A stretch of DNA of 64,000 nt, from contig JBOHHF010000044.1 in NCBI GenBank assembly GCA_050700495.1, positions 948 through 64,947 of the forward strand, written 5' to 3'. A model generated the notes under the pieces. The model was not told the DNA's origin. It saw only the letters and a program-made list of their open reading frames with translations, and made no database searches. Shown here piece after piece: positions 1 through 12,925 of the stretch (position 1 is its first letter; each line of letters starts with the position of its first letter). This stretch comes from Pseudonocardiaceae bacterium (lineage in GTDB: Bacteria > Actinomycetota > Actinomycetes > Mycobacteriales > Pseudonocardiaceae). The translations under genes were made by a program, and so were the position numbers.

Positions 1-729
1 GGCTCCCGCTCCCAAGGCGTGGTGACCCGGGTGGCAGTGGTCATGGACGTGCGCAGCCGGGCGTTCACCGACGACCTCGCCGCGGTGATCAAGGATCTGG
101 ACGCCCGTGGCTACCGACCCAAGGTGCTGTACCTGGAAGCCACCGACGCGGTGCTGATCCGTCGCTTCGAGCAGGTCCGCCGCAGCCACCCGCTGCAGAG
201 CGACGGGAGGCTGGCCGACGGGATCGCCGCGGAGCGGGCGCTGCTGGTCCCCCTGCGTGACGAGGCCGACCTGGTGCTGGATACCACCGGGTTGTCCGTG
301 CACCAGTTGCGCGCCAAGATCGAGCACGCGTTCGGGGGAGAAGCTAGCAGCCGCACCCGGATCACCGTGGTGTCCTTCGGCTACAAGTACGGGCTGCCGA
401 TGGACTCCGACCTCGTGATCGACGTGCGGTTCCTGCCCAACCCGTTCTGGATCCCGGAACTGCGTGACTTCACCGGCCTGGACGCCGACGTCCGCAACTA
501 CGTGTTGTCCCAGGAAGGTGCCGAGGAATTCCTGGACCGCTACCTCGAGCTGTTACGGTTGATCAGCGGAGGGTACCGGCGGGAGGGTAAGCGTTACCTC
601 ACCATCGCGGTGGGGTGCACCGGTGGTAAACACCGCAGTGTGGTTGTTTCCGAGGCGCTGGCTGCCCGGCTCGGCCAGGAGGACGGGATCACCGTCAAGG
701 TGGTGCATCGGGACGTGGGTCGAGAGTGA
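1..729 (+). CDS. rapZ: RapZ (YvcJ-family nucleotide-binding RNase adapter), 5' end cut by window edge
   Basis: Frame of ORF 19..729 is open from base 1. C-terminal motifs ITVVSFGYKYG, DVRFLPNPFW and TIAVGCTGGKHRSV are typical of RapZ. It heads the conserved rapZ-yvcK-whiA order. Confidence 0.85.
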   Translation, partial: GSRSQGVVTRVAVVMDVRSRAFTDDLAAVIKDLDARGYRPKVLYLEATDAVLIRRFEQVRRSHPLQSDGRLADGIAAERALLVPLRDEADLVLDTTGLSVHQLRAKIEHAFGGEASSRTRITVVSFGYKYGLPMDSDLVIDVRFLPNPFWIPELRDFTGLDADVRNYVLSQEGAEEFLDRYLELLRLISGGYRREGKRYLTIAVGCTGGKHRSVVVSEALAARLGQEDGITVKVVHRDVGRE

Positions 730-1673
730 CCCGGCCGCTCAAAGCCGTCGCGCTGGGCGGCGGCCATGGGTTGTATGCCACGCTGCTGGCGTTGCGAGCC
801 ATCACCGAGGACGTCACCGCGGTGGTCACGGTGGCCGATGACGGTGGGTCCTCCGGGCGGCTGCGCCGCGAGTTGGGTCTGCTCCCGCCGGGGGACCTGC
901 GGATGGCGCTGACCGCACTGGCAGCTCACGACGGCGGTGGGGCGCGCTGGCGGCAGGTGTTCCAGCATCGCTTTGGTGGTAACGGGGCGTTGGCCGGGCA
1001 TGCCGTGGGCAACCTGCTGCTGGCTGGGCTGCTGGAAGTGCACGGCGATCCGGTGGCGGCATTGGACGAGGCCTGCCGGCTGCTCGGGGTGATCGGCCGG
1101 GTACTGCCGATGGCCGCCGAGCCACTGGACATCGAGGCCGACGTGGCCGGCCTGGACGGCGACCCGAACACCCTGCGGCGGATCCGCGGCCAAGTGGCGG
1201 TGGCGACCACGCCAGGTCGGGTACACCGGGTGTGGCTGCGTCCGGAGCGACCGAAGGCCTGCGTCGAGGCGGTCCACGCAGTCGGCGAGGCTGACGTGGT
1301 GGTGCTCGGGCCGGGCTCGTGGTTCACCAGCGTGCTACCGCACCTGCTGGTCCCCGAGCTGGCTGACGCGCTGGCCGGTACCGCTGCTCGCCGGATACTG
1401 GTGCTCAACCTGGCGCCGCAACCCGGCGAGACCGCCGGGTTTTCCCCCGAGCAGTACCTGACCGTACTGTCGGGTCACGCCCCACCCGGATTCACGGTGC
1501 ACGCGGTCCTCGCCGATATCAACACTGTCACTGTCCCCGCTCAGTTGCACCGCTGCGCCGAGGAGCTCGGCGGGCTCGCGTACCTTGACCGGGTCGCCGA
1601 TGACGGATCTACCGATCGCCACGATCCGGTAGCACTTGCTGAAGCGCTGCGTCGGATACTGAGACCTGCTTGA
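726..1673 (+). CDS. yvcK: YvcK/CofD-like gluconeogenesis factor (UPF0052)
   Basis: 315-aa ORF. N-terminus VALGGGHGL...[15 protein letters not shown] and GHAVGNLLL motifs match the YvcK family. The GTGA start/stop overlaps rapZ. Confidence 0.85.
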   Translation: MTRPLKAVALGGGHGLYATLLALRAITEDVTAVVTVADDGGSSGRLRRELGLLPPGDLRMALTALAAHDGGGARWRQVFQHRFGGNGALAGHAVGNLLLAGLLEVHGDPVAALDEACRLLGVIGRVLPMAAEPLDIEADVAGLDGDPNTLRRIRGQVAVATTPGRVHRVWLRPERPKACVEAVHAVGEADVVVLGPGSWFTSVLPHLLVPELADALAGTAARRILVLNLAPQPGETAGFSPEQYLTVLSGHAPPGFTVHAVLADINTVTVPAQLHRCAEELGGLAYLDRVADDGSTDRHDPVALAEALRRILRPA

Positions 1674-1738
1674 CAGGGTCGAAGCATCGACAGCTGAGAC
1701 CGTTTGACAGGGCAACGGGAGGAGAAGCGCCGGTGGCC

Positions 1739-2713
1739 ATGACCTCCGCCGTCAAGGACGAGCTGAGCCGGCTACGGGTGACCAAGACGTGCTGCCGGCG
1801 GGCCGAGGTCGCCTCACTGCTGCGCTTTGCCGGTGGGCTGCACATTATTGCCGGTCGCGTCGTGGTGGAGGCCGAGCTGGACACCGGCTCCACCGCGCGG
1901 CGGCTGCGTCGGGAGGTGCACGAGCTCTACGGGCACAACTCCGATGTGCACTTGATCACGGCGGGTGGGCTGCGCAAGGGAACCTGCTATGTGGTTCGAA
2001 TAGTTCGCGACGGCGAGGGGCTGGCCCGCCAGACCGGGCTACTGGATCTTCGCGGCCGCCCGGTGCGGGGGTTGCCCCCGCAGGTCGTCTCCGGTGGCCT
2101 CTGCGATGCTGAGGCCTCGTGGCGCGGTGCGTTCCTGGCGCACGGGTCGCTCACCGAGCCGGGCCGCTCGGCTGCGTTGGAGGTGACCTGCCCGGGGCCG
2201 GAGGCGGCGCTGGCCCTGGTCGGGGCGGCCCGCCGGCTGGGCATCCAAGCCAAGGCCCGCGAGGTGCGGGGCGCTGATCGGGTAGTGGTCCGGGACGGGG
2301 ACGCTATCGGGGCGCTGCTCACCCGGCTCGGCGCGCACGACTCGGTGCTGGCCTGGGAAGAACGCCGGGTGCGCCGTGAGGTCCGCGCCACCGCCAACCG
2401 GCTGGCCAACTTCGATGACGCCAACCTGCGCCGATCCGCCCGCGCGGCGGTGGCCTCGGCGGCGCGGGTCCGCAGGGCTCTGGAGTTGCTCGGCGACGCC
2501 ACCCCGAGACATCTGCTCACTGCCGGCAGGCTGCGGCTGGAGCACCGGCAGGCGTCGCTGGAGGAGTTGGGCCAGCTCGCTGAACCGCCGATGACCAAGG
2601 ATGCCGTGGCGGGCCGGATCCGCCGGCTGCTCGCGATGGCCGACCGCCGCGCCGAGGAACTCGGGGTGCCGGACACTGAATCCGAGGTCACCCCCGACAT
2701 GCTGGACGCGTGA
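1739..2713 (+). CDS. whiA: DNA-binding sporulation/cell-division regulator WhiA
   Basis: [12 protein letters not shown]...[21 protein letters not shown] is the typical WhiA N-terminus. ATG at 1739 is preceded by GGGAGGAGAA. The C-terminus has a helix-turn-helix. Confidence 0.9.
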   Translation: MTSAVKDELSRLRVTKTCCRRAEVASLLRFAGGLHIIAGRVVVEAELDTGSTARRLRREVHELYGHNSDVHLITAGGLRKGTCYVVRIVRDGEGLARQTGLLDLRGRPVRGLPPQVVSGGLCDAEASWRGAFLAHGSLTEPGRSAALEVTCPGPEAALALVGAARRLGIQAKAREVRGADRVVVRDGDAIGALLTRLGAHDSVLAWEERRVRREVRATANRLANFDDANLRRSARAAVASAARVRRALELLGDATPRHLLTAGRLRLEHRQASLEELGQLAEPPMTKDAVAGRIRRLLAMADRRAEELGVPDTESEVTPDMLDA

Positions 2714-2820
2714 CGTTCCCGGGGGCTTGTTCATGGGCGGTTCATGGACAACCAACCGGTCACGAACACCCCTGCAGCTCCCCCTCCCGGGGGGCCTGCG
2801 CGGTGGTATCCGGCCGATAG

Positions 2821-5101
<2,281 letters not shown>

Positions 5102-5120
<19 letters not shown>

Positions 5121-5887
5121 TCGCCGGCAACTGGAAGATGAACCTCAACCATCTTGAGGCCATCGCTCTGGTACAGAAGCTTGCCTTCGCCCTGCCGGAG
5201 AAGTACTTCGCCAAGGTCGACGTGGCGGTGCTGGTGCCGTTTACCGCGTTGCGCAGCGTGCAGGCCCTCATCGAGGGGGACAAGCTGCTGGTGGGCTACG
5301 GCGCGCAGGATTTGTCCCCGAAGGACTCCGGGCCCTACACCGGCGACGTGTCCGGGCCGATGCTGGCCAAGCTGGACTGCCGCTACGTCGTCGTCGGGCA
5401 CTCCGAGCGGCGCGAACACCACGGTGAGGAGGACGGGGTCGTGGCCAGCAAGGTACGGGCTGCGCTGCGCAATGGGCTGATCCCGATCCTGTGTGTGGGC
5501 GAGGGTCTCGAGGTCCGTGAGGCCGGTGGGCACTTGGCGCACAGCACCGAGCAACTGCGGGCCGCGCTCAAGGGCCTGTCCGTCGAGCAGGTCCGCACCA
5601 TCGTCGTGGCCTACGAGCCCATCTGGGCGATCGGTACCGGTCGGGTCGCCACCCCGGCCGACGCGCAGGAGGTCTGCGGCGCGCTGCGGCAGGCGCTGGC
5701 GGACAAGTACGGGGTCGCGGTCGCCGACGATATCCGGGTGCTCTACGGCGGATCGGTCAAGTCGAGCAATGTCGCCGATCTGGTCGTGGAGCCCGACATC
5801 GACGGTGCCCTGGTGGGGGGCGCCAGCCTGGACGCCGACGAGTTCGCGAAGCTTTGTGCGCTGGCTGCCGGCGGACCCCTACCGTGA
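5102..5887 (+). CDS. tpiA: triosephosphate isomerase
   Basis: [19 protein letters not shown] and [11 protein letters not shown] motifs. ATG 5102 lies 5 nt after GGAGGAG. An alternative GTG is at 5096. Confidence 0.95.
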
Positions 5888-5974
5888 CCGGAAGTAGTGT
5901 CGAGGAGGGCCCGGCTCGCGCCCGCGGCTGGACGGAGTAATCTTGCGAATCAGTCGTTGTCTCATGAGGGTGTG

Positions 5975-6208
5975 ATGAAGCTCTTTCTGCAAATCGTGCT
6001 CCTGGTCACCAGCATCGCCCTGATTCTGTTGATCTTGCTGCACCGGAGCCGTGGCGGGGGGCTGTCCAGTCTTTTCGGCGGCGGCGTTCAATCGAGCCTG
6101 TCCGGATCCAGCGTCGTGGAGAAGAACCTGGACCGGCTGACGTTGTTCGTCAGCGCGGTGTGGGTGGTTGCGATAGTGGGGATCGGATTTCTTATCAAGA
6201 TCGGCTGA
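5975..6208 (+). CDS. secG: preprotein translocase subunit SecG
   Basis: 77-aa product MKLFLQIVLLVTSIALILLILLHRSRGGGLSSLFGGG has two TM helices. It sits after tpiA as in other actinobacteria. Confidence 0.85.
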   Translation: MKLFLQIVLLVTSIALILLILLHRSRGGGLSSLFGGGVQSSLSGSSVVEKNLDRLTLFVSAVWVVAIVGIGFLIKIG

Positions 6209-6253
6209 GCAGGCCTGGGGTTCCCTGGGCGGTTCCGCGAGGTGAGGCGATCG

Positions 6254-6595
6254 ATGGCAAGCGGCAACGCGATCCGCGGTACGCGGGTCGGAGCAGGTCC
6301 GATGGGCGAGTCCGAGCGGGGAGAGACAGCCCCCCGTCATCGGGTTTCCTACTGGTGCGCGAACGGGCATGAGTCTCGGCCTTCGTTCGCGGTCGAGGCG
6401 GAGGAACCCGAGGTGTGGGATTGTCCGCGGTGCGGCTTTCCGGCTGGGCGCAACGAGCAGCGGCCACCGGATGCGCCACGCAACGAGCCGTACAAGACCC
6501 ACTTGGCTTACGTCAAGGAACGCCGTTCCGACGCCGACGGCGAGGCCATCCTCGCCGAGGCGCTGGCCAGACTGAAGGAAGCCCGCGGCACCTGA
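6254..6595 (+). CDS. rbpA: RNA polymerase-binding protein RbpA
   Basis: MASGNAIRGTRVGAGPMGESERGE...VSYWCANGH...WDCPRCG...THLAYVKERR matches the RbpA layout (core, basic linker, sigma-interaction domain). Confidence 0.85.
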   Translation: MASGNAIRGTRVGAGPMGESERGETAPRHRVSYWCANGHESRPSFAVEAEEPEVWDCPRCGFPAGRNEQRPPDAPRNEPYKTHLAYVKERRSDADGEAILAEALARLKEARGT

Positions 6596-6712
6596 CGTTG
6601 ATCGCCCTCCACGTACCGCCCAACCCGGCTGCTCAGTGTCTTCAACGGGGACCAACGTCAGCCACGGGACGCGCGCGCGTCTGGTGTCCTGCCGTGTGAC
6701 GACGAAGAGTGG

Positions 6713-7978
6713 GTGTCGATGACCCGCTGGATCCTGCCGACCGACAAGATCCCGTCCGCCTGGTTCAACGTCAGCCCGCATCTGCCGACTCCGCTGCAGC
6801 CGCCGCTGCACCCGGCTACCCGGCAGCCGGTGGTTCCGGATGACCTGGCGCCGCTGTTCCCGGCCGCGCTCATCGAGCAGGAGATGGCAACCGCGCCGTG
6901 GATCGATGTACCCGGTGAGGTACTCGACATCCTCAGGTTGTGGCGACCCACACCGTTGGTGCGCGCGACCCGCCTGGAGCAGGCCCTGGGCACCCCGGCC
7001 CGGATCTACTTCAAGGACGAGTCCGGATCTCCGGCGGGTAGTCACAAACCGAACACCGCCGTGGCGCAGGCCTTCTACAACGCCCGAGACGGTGTTGGCC
7101 GGTTGACTACCGAGACCGGCGCCGGTCAGTGGGGTACCGCGCTAGCGTTCGCCTGCGCCCAGTTCGATTTGGAATGCATGGTGTATATGGTCCGGGCCAG
7201 CTTCGAGCAGAAGCCGTACCGGCGCGTGATCATGGAGACCTGGGGCGGTTCGGTGGTGCCCTCGCCGGTCGACGACCTCGACCACCGCGGTTCCCTCGGC
7301 ACTGCGATCTCCGATGCGGTGCGTGATGCCGCCGGTCGCGAGGACACTCACTACTCGCTGGGTTCGGTCCTCAACCACGTATTACTACACCAGACGGTGA
7401 TCGGGCTCGAGGCCCGGGAGCAACTCGAACTGGCCGGGGAGCGGCTGCCCGATGTGGTGATCGCGCCATGCGGTGGTGGGTCCAACCTGGGCGGGATTTC
7501 TTTCCCCTTCGTGCCCGAGGCAGGGGTGCGGCTGCTCGCAGTCGAGCCACTGTCCTGCCCCACCTTGACCCAGGGTCGATTCGATTACGATTTCGGCGAC
7601 GCCGCTGGTTTTACCCTGCTGCTACCGATGTACACGCTGGGTCACGACTTCGTGCCGCCGAGTATCCACGCCGGCGGGCTGCGCTACCACGGGGATAGCC
7701 CGCTGATTTCGGCGCTGGTCCGGGACGGTCGGATGGAGGCGGTGGCCTATCCGCAGGGCAAGGTCTTCGAGGCGGCCGTGCAGTTCGCCCGTGCTGAGGG
7801 CAAGGTAGCCGCCCCGGAGGCCGCGCACGCGATCCGTGCGGTCGTCGACGAGGCGCTCGCCGCCAAGGAGACCGGCGAGGAGAAGGTCATTCTGTTCAAC
7901 TACTGCGGCCACGGTTTCCTTGACCTGTCCGCCTATGACGACTACCTACACGGCCGGCTGCCCGACGAGCAAGGCTGA
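6713..7978 (+). CDS. TrpB-like pyridoxal-phosphate-dependent enzyme (TrpB2-type)
   Basis: 421 aa. [18 protein letters not shown] contains the PLP lysine, plus TETGAGQWG and GGGSNLGG motifs. No trpA is adjacent. The start could be ATG 6719. Confidence 0.8.
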   Translation: MSMTRWILPTDKIPSAWFNVSPHLPTPLQPPLHPATRQPVVPDDLAPLFPAALIEQEMATAPWIDVPGEVLDILRLWRPTPLVRATRLEQALGTPARIYFKDESGSPAGSHKPNTAVAQAFYNARDGVGRLTTETGAGQWGTALAFACAQFDLECMVYMVRASFEQKPYRRVIMETWGGSVVPSPVDDLDHRGSLGTAISDAVRDAAGREDTHYSLGSVLNHVLLHQTVIGLEAREQLELAGERLPDVVIAPCGGGSNLGGISFPFVPEAGVRLLAVEPLSCPTLTQGRFDYDFGDAAGFTLLLPMYTLGHDFVPPSIHAGGLRYHGDSPLISALVRDGRMEAVAYPQGKVFEAAVQFARAEGKVAAPEAAHAIRAVVDEALAAKETGEEKVILFNYCGHGFLDLSAYDDYLHGRLPDEQG

Positions 7979-8029
7979 GGAAGACGACACACCGGACATA
8001 GGAGGACGACACACCGGAGGGTACTTGGG

Positions 8030-8803
8030 TCAGCGGGGCAGGAGGTCTGTGGGGAGTTTGGCGGCAGCGGGGCGGTCCAGTAGCCAGAGTGTGCGGCGAC
8101 GGCCGGTGGCGCCCGCGGCGGGCAACTGGACTTCTCCCGCACCGCCCAGTGCCATGGTCACCGCTGCGGCCTTCGCCGACTCCGAGACGATCAACCACAC
8201 CTCGGCGGCACACCGGATGGCCGGCAACGTCAGGGTGATCCGGGTAGGCGGTGGTTTGGGACTGCACCGCACGCCGATCACCGCGCGTTCGGTCTCGTAG
8301 ACCGCCGGGGAACCGGGGAACACCGAGGCGACGTGACCGTCGTCGCCGACGCCGAGACAACAGATGTCGAACGACGGCGCCGGGCCACGATCCTCCGGCC
8401 GCAGCCGGTGCAGCAGCAGATCTTCGTAGTCCTGCGCGGCAGCGTCCGGGTCGTCGCCCCATGGCCCGTCCGAGGCCCCCATCGGATGGACCCGGGCGGG
8501 GTCCACCCCCACGTGGTCGAGTAGCGCCTCGCGGGCCTGAGTTTCATTGCGGTCGGGGTGACCGCTGGGAAGGAAGCGCTCGTCGCCCCAGTAGACATCC
8601 AACCGGAGCCAGTCCACCGCAGTGACAGCGTTGGTGCTCGCTATGTGGCGCAGCACTGCGATACCGATGCCGCCCCCGGTCAGCACCACCGAGGCCGACC
8701 CCGACGCGGTCTGGATGTCTACGATCCGGGTGATCAGCCGGGCAGCGGTCGCGGCGGCGAGTACCTCCGCGCTGGCATGCATTACCACGTCGGGGCGGCT
8801 CAC
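8030..8803 (-). CDS. pgl: 6-phosphogluconolactonase
   Basis: 257 aa with VVLTGGGIG, YWGDERFLP and FDICCLGVGDDGHVAS motifs. Last gene of the PPP operon. Confidence 0.85.
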   Translation of the reverse strand: MSRPDVVMHASAEVLAAATAARLITRIVDIQTASGSASVVLTGGGIGIAVLRHIASTNAVTAVDWLRLDVYWGDERFLPSGHPDRNETQAREALLDHVGVDPARVHPMGASDGPWGDDPDAAAQDYEDLLLHRLRPEDRGPAPSFDICCLGVGDDGHVASVFPGSPAVYETERAVIGVRCSPKPPPTRITLTLPAIRCAAEVWLIVSESAKAAAVTMALGGAGEVQLPAAGATGRRRTLWLLDRPAAAKLPTDLLPR

Positions 8804-9783
8804 TGGTCGTCCCGAGTCCCGCCCAGCGTCTCGCCCGATCGGGCGAGACGGTGAGTGTTACCGGCTCGGCTGTCCACCTCGGTCAACGCCTGCAGCGCGG
8901 CCTGGTAGATCTGGTCGGGATCCAGCCTGCGCAGCTCCTCGGCGAGGCATTCGCGCACCGGGCGGCGCTTCAACGGCACCCGGCGGTCCGGCTGACCCGG
9001 CTGACGCAGGGTGCCCACCTTGCCATGGGGCCGGATCAACTCCACCGGGCCGCATCGGCGCTCCAGCACCGCCGAGCTGATCCCGCCGCCGGGATCGCTG
9101 GCGCGACGCCGTACCGGGACCTGCAGTCGCGAGCGCAGCCAGCCGGCGAGCAGGTCCGTGGACGGGTTGTCCGCGGCGCCAGTGACGGTGACCGCCTCGA
9201 CCTCCTCATAGGGCGGTAGATCGAGTGCGGCGGCGAGCAGTGCGCGCCACGGGGTGAGCCGGCTCCACGCGAGGTCGGTGTCGCCGTCGGTGTAGGAGGT
9301 GCGGCGGATCTCCAGCGTCTTGATCGGTTGGCGGGCTGCGGCGGCGTCGGTGATCCGGCGCTGCGCCAGCTTTCCGATGGAGTCCTGCGCGGGTACCACC
9401 GGCGCTACCCCCGGCCACCACGTGACCACCGGGCAGTCCGGCAGCAACAGCGGTATCACCACGCTGTCTCCGTGATCGGCCAACGGGCCATACAGGCGCA
9501 GCACGAGCACCTCGGACGCGCCGGCGTCGCCACCGACGCGGATCTGCGCGTCCAGTCGTGTCGCGGCCCGCTTGAGGCCCCTGGCCACCACGAGTATCCG
9601 GCAGGGATGCTCCTTGCTGGCCTCGTTCGCGGCCTCGATCGACTCCTCCACCTGCGCCGAGTCATCGGTCACGATCACCAGGGTGAGCACCCGGCCCAGC
9701 GCCACCGCGCCACCGCGCTCCCGCATGTCGATCATCGCGTGGTTGACCGCAGACGTCGTCGTCGAGGGCAGGTCGACGATCAT
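8800..9783 (-). CDS. opcA: glucose-6-phosphate dehydrogenase assembly protein OpcA
   Basis: 327 aa immediately downstream of zwf with a 4-nt overlap. VLTLVIVTDD...HPCRILVV...VVTWWPG are typical OpcA segments. Confidence 0.85.
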   Translation of the reverse strand: MIVDLPSTTTSAVNHAMIDMRERGGAVALGRVLTLVIVTDDSAQVEESIEAANEASKEHPCRILVVARGLKRAATRLDAQIRVGGDAGASEVLVLRLYGPLADHGDSVVIPLLLPDCPVVTWWPGVAPVVPAQDSIGKLAQRRITDAAAARQPIKTLEIRRTSYTDGDTDLAWSRLTPWRALLAAALDLPPYEEVEAVTVTGAADNPSTDLLAGWLRSRLQVPVRRRASDPGGGISSAVLERRCGPVELIRPHGKVGTLRQPGQPDRRVPLKRRPVRECLAEELRRLDPDQIYQAALQALTEVDSRAGNTHRLARSGETLGGTRDDQ

Positions 9784-11315
9784 GGCCGTCTCCAGCTCCG
9801 TCCGGTCCGAGCGATCATCCGGTTCGCCGACGGCGGACCCCAGGTACCCGCGGGGTAGGGCTCGGGACCGTCTTCTTGCTTGGCCCAGTGTTCGAGCACG
9901 GGGTCCAGAATCGCCCAGGACAGCTCCACCTCGGCGTTGACCGGAAACAACGACGGCTCGCCGAGCAGCCCGTCCAGCAGCAACCGCTCGTACGCCTCGG
10001 GCGAGGACTCGGTGAACGCCGTGCCGTAACGGAAATCCATCGTGACGTCACGAACCTCCATCGCGGTTCCAGGTACCTTGGAGCCGAACCGGATCGTGAC
10101 ACCCTCATCCGGCTGAACCCGAATGACCAGCGCGTTTTGCCCCAGCTCCTCGGTCATGGTCTCCTCGAAGGGCAGGTGGGGAGCTCGCTTGAAGATCACC
10201 GCGATCTCGGTGACCCGCCTGCCCAGCCGCTTGCCGGTGCGCAGCAGGAATGGCACCCCGGCCCATCGCCGGTTGTCGACCTGCAGTGTGATCGCGGCGA
10301 AGGTCTCGGTGGTGGAATCCTGGTGGAAGCCATGTTCCTCGAGCACCCCGACGACCTTGGCGCCGCCCTGCCACCCGGCGGTGTACTGGCCGCGCGCGGT
10401 GGTCTCCTCCAACGGCTCCACGAGCTTGGTCGCGGACAGCACCTTGATCTTCTCGCCGCGTAGCGAATCGGGGGAGAAGGACAGCGGCTCCTCCATCGCG
10501 GTGAGGGCGAGCAGCTGGAGCAGGTGATTCTGGATCACGTCCCGGGCGGCCCCGATGCCGTCGTAGTAACCGGCGCGGCCAGCCAGCCCGATGTCCTCGG
10601 CCATGGTGATCTGCACATGGTCCACGTAGTGGCTGTTCCAGATCGGCTCGTAGAGCTGGTTGGCGTAGCGCAGCGCGAGAATGTTCTGGACGGTCTCCTT
10701 GCCGAGGTAGTGGTCGATGCGAAACACCGACTCCTCGGGGAAGACGTCGTTGACGATCTCGTTGAGTTCCCGAGCGCTGCGTAGGTCGTGCCCGAACGGC
10801 TTCTCGATCACCACCCGACGCCACTGGTCGCCATTCTGAGTCGCCAGCCCGGTACGGGCGAGCTGCTTGAGTACCACCGGGAACATCGCGGGCGGGATGG
10901 ACAGGTAGAAGGCGTGATTGCCGCCAGTGCCGCGGTCCCGATCCAGTTCTTCGACCACCGATGCAAGATCGTCGAAGGCGGCGTCGTCATCGAAGCTGCC
11001 GGCCACGAACCTGACGCCCTCGGCCAGCCGGTCCCAGACCTCCTGACGGAAGGCGGTACGGGCATGTTCCCGGACCGAATCGTGCACCAGTTCGGCGAAG
11101 TTCTCATCGGCCCAGTTCCGGCGGGCGAACCCGACCAACGCGAAACCGGGCGGTAGCAGCCCACGGTTAGCCAGGTCGTAGATCGCCGGCATCAGCTTCT
11201 TGCGGGACAGGTCCCCGGTCACGCCGAAGATCACGACACCGCACGGGCCGGCGATCCGGGGCAGCCGCTTGTCCCGGGGATCCCGCAGCGGGTTGGCGCC
11301 GCTTCCGAGAGTCAT
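9780..11315 (-). CDS. zwf: glucose-6-phosphate 1-dehydrogenase
   Basis: 511 aa with VIFGVTGDLSRKKL and the RIDHYLGKE active-site motif. Confidence 0.95.
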   Translation of the reverse strand: MTLGSGANPLRDPRDKRLPRIAGPCGVVIFGVTGDLSRKKLMPAIYDLANRGLLPPGFALVGFARRNWADENFAELVHDSVREHARTAFRQEVWDRLAEGVRFVAGSFDDDAAFDDLASVVEELDRDRGTGGNHAFYLSIPPAMFPVVLKQLARTGLATQNGDQWRRVVIEKPFGHDLRSARELNEIVNDVFPEESVFRIDHYLGKETVQNILALRYANQLYEPIWNSHYVDHVQITMAEDIGLAGRAGYYDGIGAARDVIQNHLLQLLALTAMEEPLSFSPDSLRGEKIKVLSATKLVEPLEETTARGQYTAGWQGGAKVVGVLEEHGFHQDSTTETFAAITLQVDNRRWAGVPFLLRTGKRLGRRVTEIAVIFKRAPHLPFEETMTEELGQNALVIRVQPDEGVTIRFGSKVPGTAMEVRDVTMDFRYGTAFTESSPEAYERLLLDGLLGEPSLFPVNAEVELSWAILDPVLEHWAKQEDGPEPYPAGTWGPPSANRMIARTGRSWRRP

Positions 11316-12919
11316 GACCCGGGTTCCGGTAGCGCGCGCACCACCTGAACCAGCCCGGCCGGCCGGTCGACCAGGTGCAGCCGCAGCACCGGCCGGCCGC
11401 GGGCGGCGAGTACCTCGGCGTCTCCCAATGCCTGGGCCCGCTGCAGGTCTCCGAGGGAGAACGTGGTGCCCGGCACCGGGATGTCCTCGACGACCTCACC
11501 GGTCAGTTGCAGGAATGCCCCGTTCTGATAACCCCCCTTGTGGTACTGGCCGGTCGAATGCAGAAAGCGGGGTCCCCAGCCGAAGGTGGTCTGCACGTGG
11601 GTGCGGCGGGCGAATTCGGTGCGCAGCACCGCGGCGGAGGTGTCGGCGATGCGGTCCAGATAAGCCTGCACCGCGAGGTAGCCACGCTCCGGGGTGGCGG
11701 CGATCAGCGCTGCCACGGCGTCGCGCAGGGTGGCAACTCCTGCCGGCAACCAGTCCCCGACGGGATGAACTGCGACGTCACCCTCGACGAACGCGGGTTT
11801 GGGCCTGGCGACACTGTCCAGCTGGGCCCGTGCCGCCATCTTCGCGGCCTCCACGTCGGGCTGGTCGAACGGGTTGATCCCCAGCAGCCGGCCGACCACC
11901 GCCGTGGCGTGCTCCCAGAGCAGTAACTGCTCACCTAAGGTGCCGGTGACGGCCACTGCGGCGGCATCGACACCAGGGCCGATGGCAACCGGGATGGCGT
12001 CCGGCCCGCTGTCGGCGAAGCCAGCAGCAGCAGGGCCGGCCACCACGACCGGTAGTAGTCCGGTGCCGTCCTTGCCGGTGGACTCGGCGATGAGCTGCTC
12101 GGCCCAGTCGCCGAAGCCGATGATCCCCGAGCCGGTGTCAGCAAACACCACCTTGTCGGCACCGGCGGCATGCCCGGCTACCAGCGCGGCCGCCAGTCGC
12201 AGCGCTGGGTTGGCCGGGTCGTCGATGGCCAGCAGCGGCGCCAGCTGCGCTGCGTCGTCCAGCAACTTCCCGATATCCGACCCGGCCAGGCCGGCCGGAA
12301 CCAGGCCGAAGGCAGTCAGCGCGGAGTAACGCCCGCCCACGTCCGGGTCGGCGGTGATCACCGCACGGTAGCCCTCGGCGTCGGCGATCTGCTGCAGCGG
12401 CGACCCCGGGTCGGTCACCACCACCAGATGCGCTGCCGGATCCAGCCCGGCTGCGGCGAACGCGGCGGCGAACACTCGACGGTGGCTGTCGGTCTCCACC
12501 GTGGAGCCCGATTTGGACGACACCACGAGCACGGTCCGCTTCAGGTCTCCGGCCAGCGCGTCAGCTACCTGGCCGGGGTCAGTGGTATCCAGCACGGTCA
12601 GCGCCACCTTGTCAGTGGCACAGATGACCTCCGGGGCCAACGATGATCCGCCCATTCCGGCCAGCACAACGCGGTCGATACCGTCGGAGTGCAAATCAGC
12701 TCGCAGGGTCTCGATGGTGCTCAGCAGCGGCCGGGAGGTTTCGGGCAACGCCACCCAGGCCAGCCGCCGAGCGGCCTCCGGCTGCGCCTGCGGACCCCAC
12801 AGCGTCGGATCCTGACCGGCCAGCGCTGAGGCCACCTGTTGCTCGACGAGCTTGTCGACCAGCGACCCCACCTCGCCTGCCAGGCCGGGGGAGCGGATGT
12901 CGACGGCGAGCTGTGACAT
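11312..12919 (-). CDS. pgi: glucose-6-phosphate isomerase
   Basis: 535 aa with VLAGMGGSSLAPEV and VVSSKSGSTVET sugar-isomerase motifs. It overlaps the zwf start by 4 nt. Confidence 0.85.
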   Translation of the reverse strand: MSQLAVDIRSPGLAGEVGSLVDKLVEQQVASALAGQDPTLWGPQAQPEAARRLAWVALPETSRPLLSTIETLRADLHSDGIDRVVLAGMGGSSLAPEVICATDKVALTVLDTTDPGQVADALAGDLKRTVLVVSSKSGSTVETDSHRRVFAAAFAAAGLDPAAHLVVVTDPGSPLQQIADAEGYRAVITADPDVGGRYSALTAFGLVPAGLAGSDIGKLLDDAAQLAPLLAIDDPANPALRLAAALVAGHAAGADKVVFADTGSGIIGFGDWAEQLIAESTGKDGTGLLPVVVAGPAAAGFADSGPDAIPVAIGPGVDAAAVAVTGTLGEQLLLWEHATAVVGRLLGINPFDQPDVEAAKMAARAQLDSVARPKPAFVEGDVAVHPVGDWLPAGVATLRDAVAALIAATPERGYLAVQAYLDRIADTSAAVLRTEFARRTHVQTTFGWGPRFLHSTGQYHKGGYQNGAFLQLTGEVVEDIPVPGTTFSLGDLQRAQALGDAEVLAARGRPVLRLHLVDRPAGLVQVVRALPEPGS

Positions 12920-12925
12920 CGGCAG

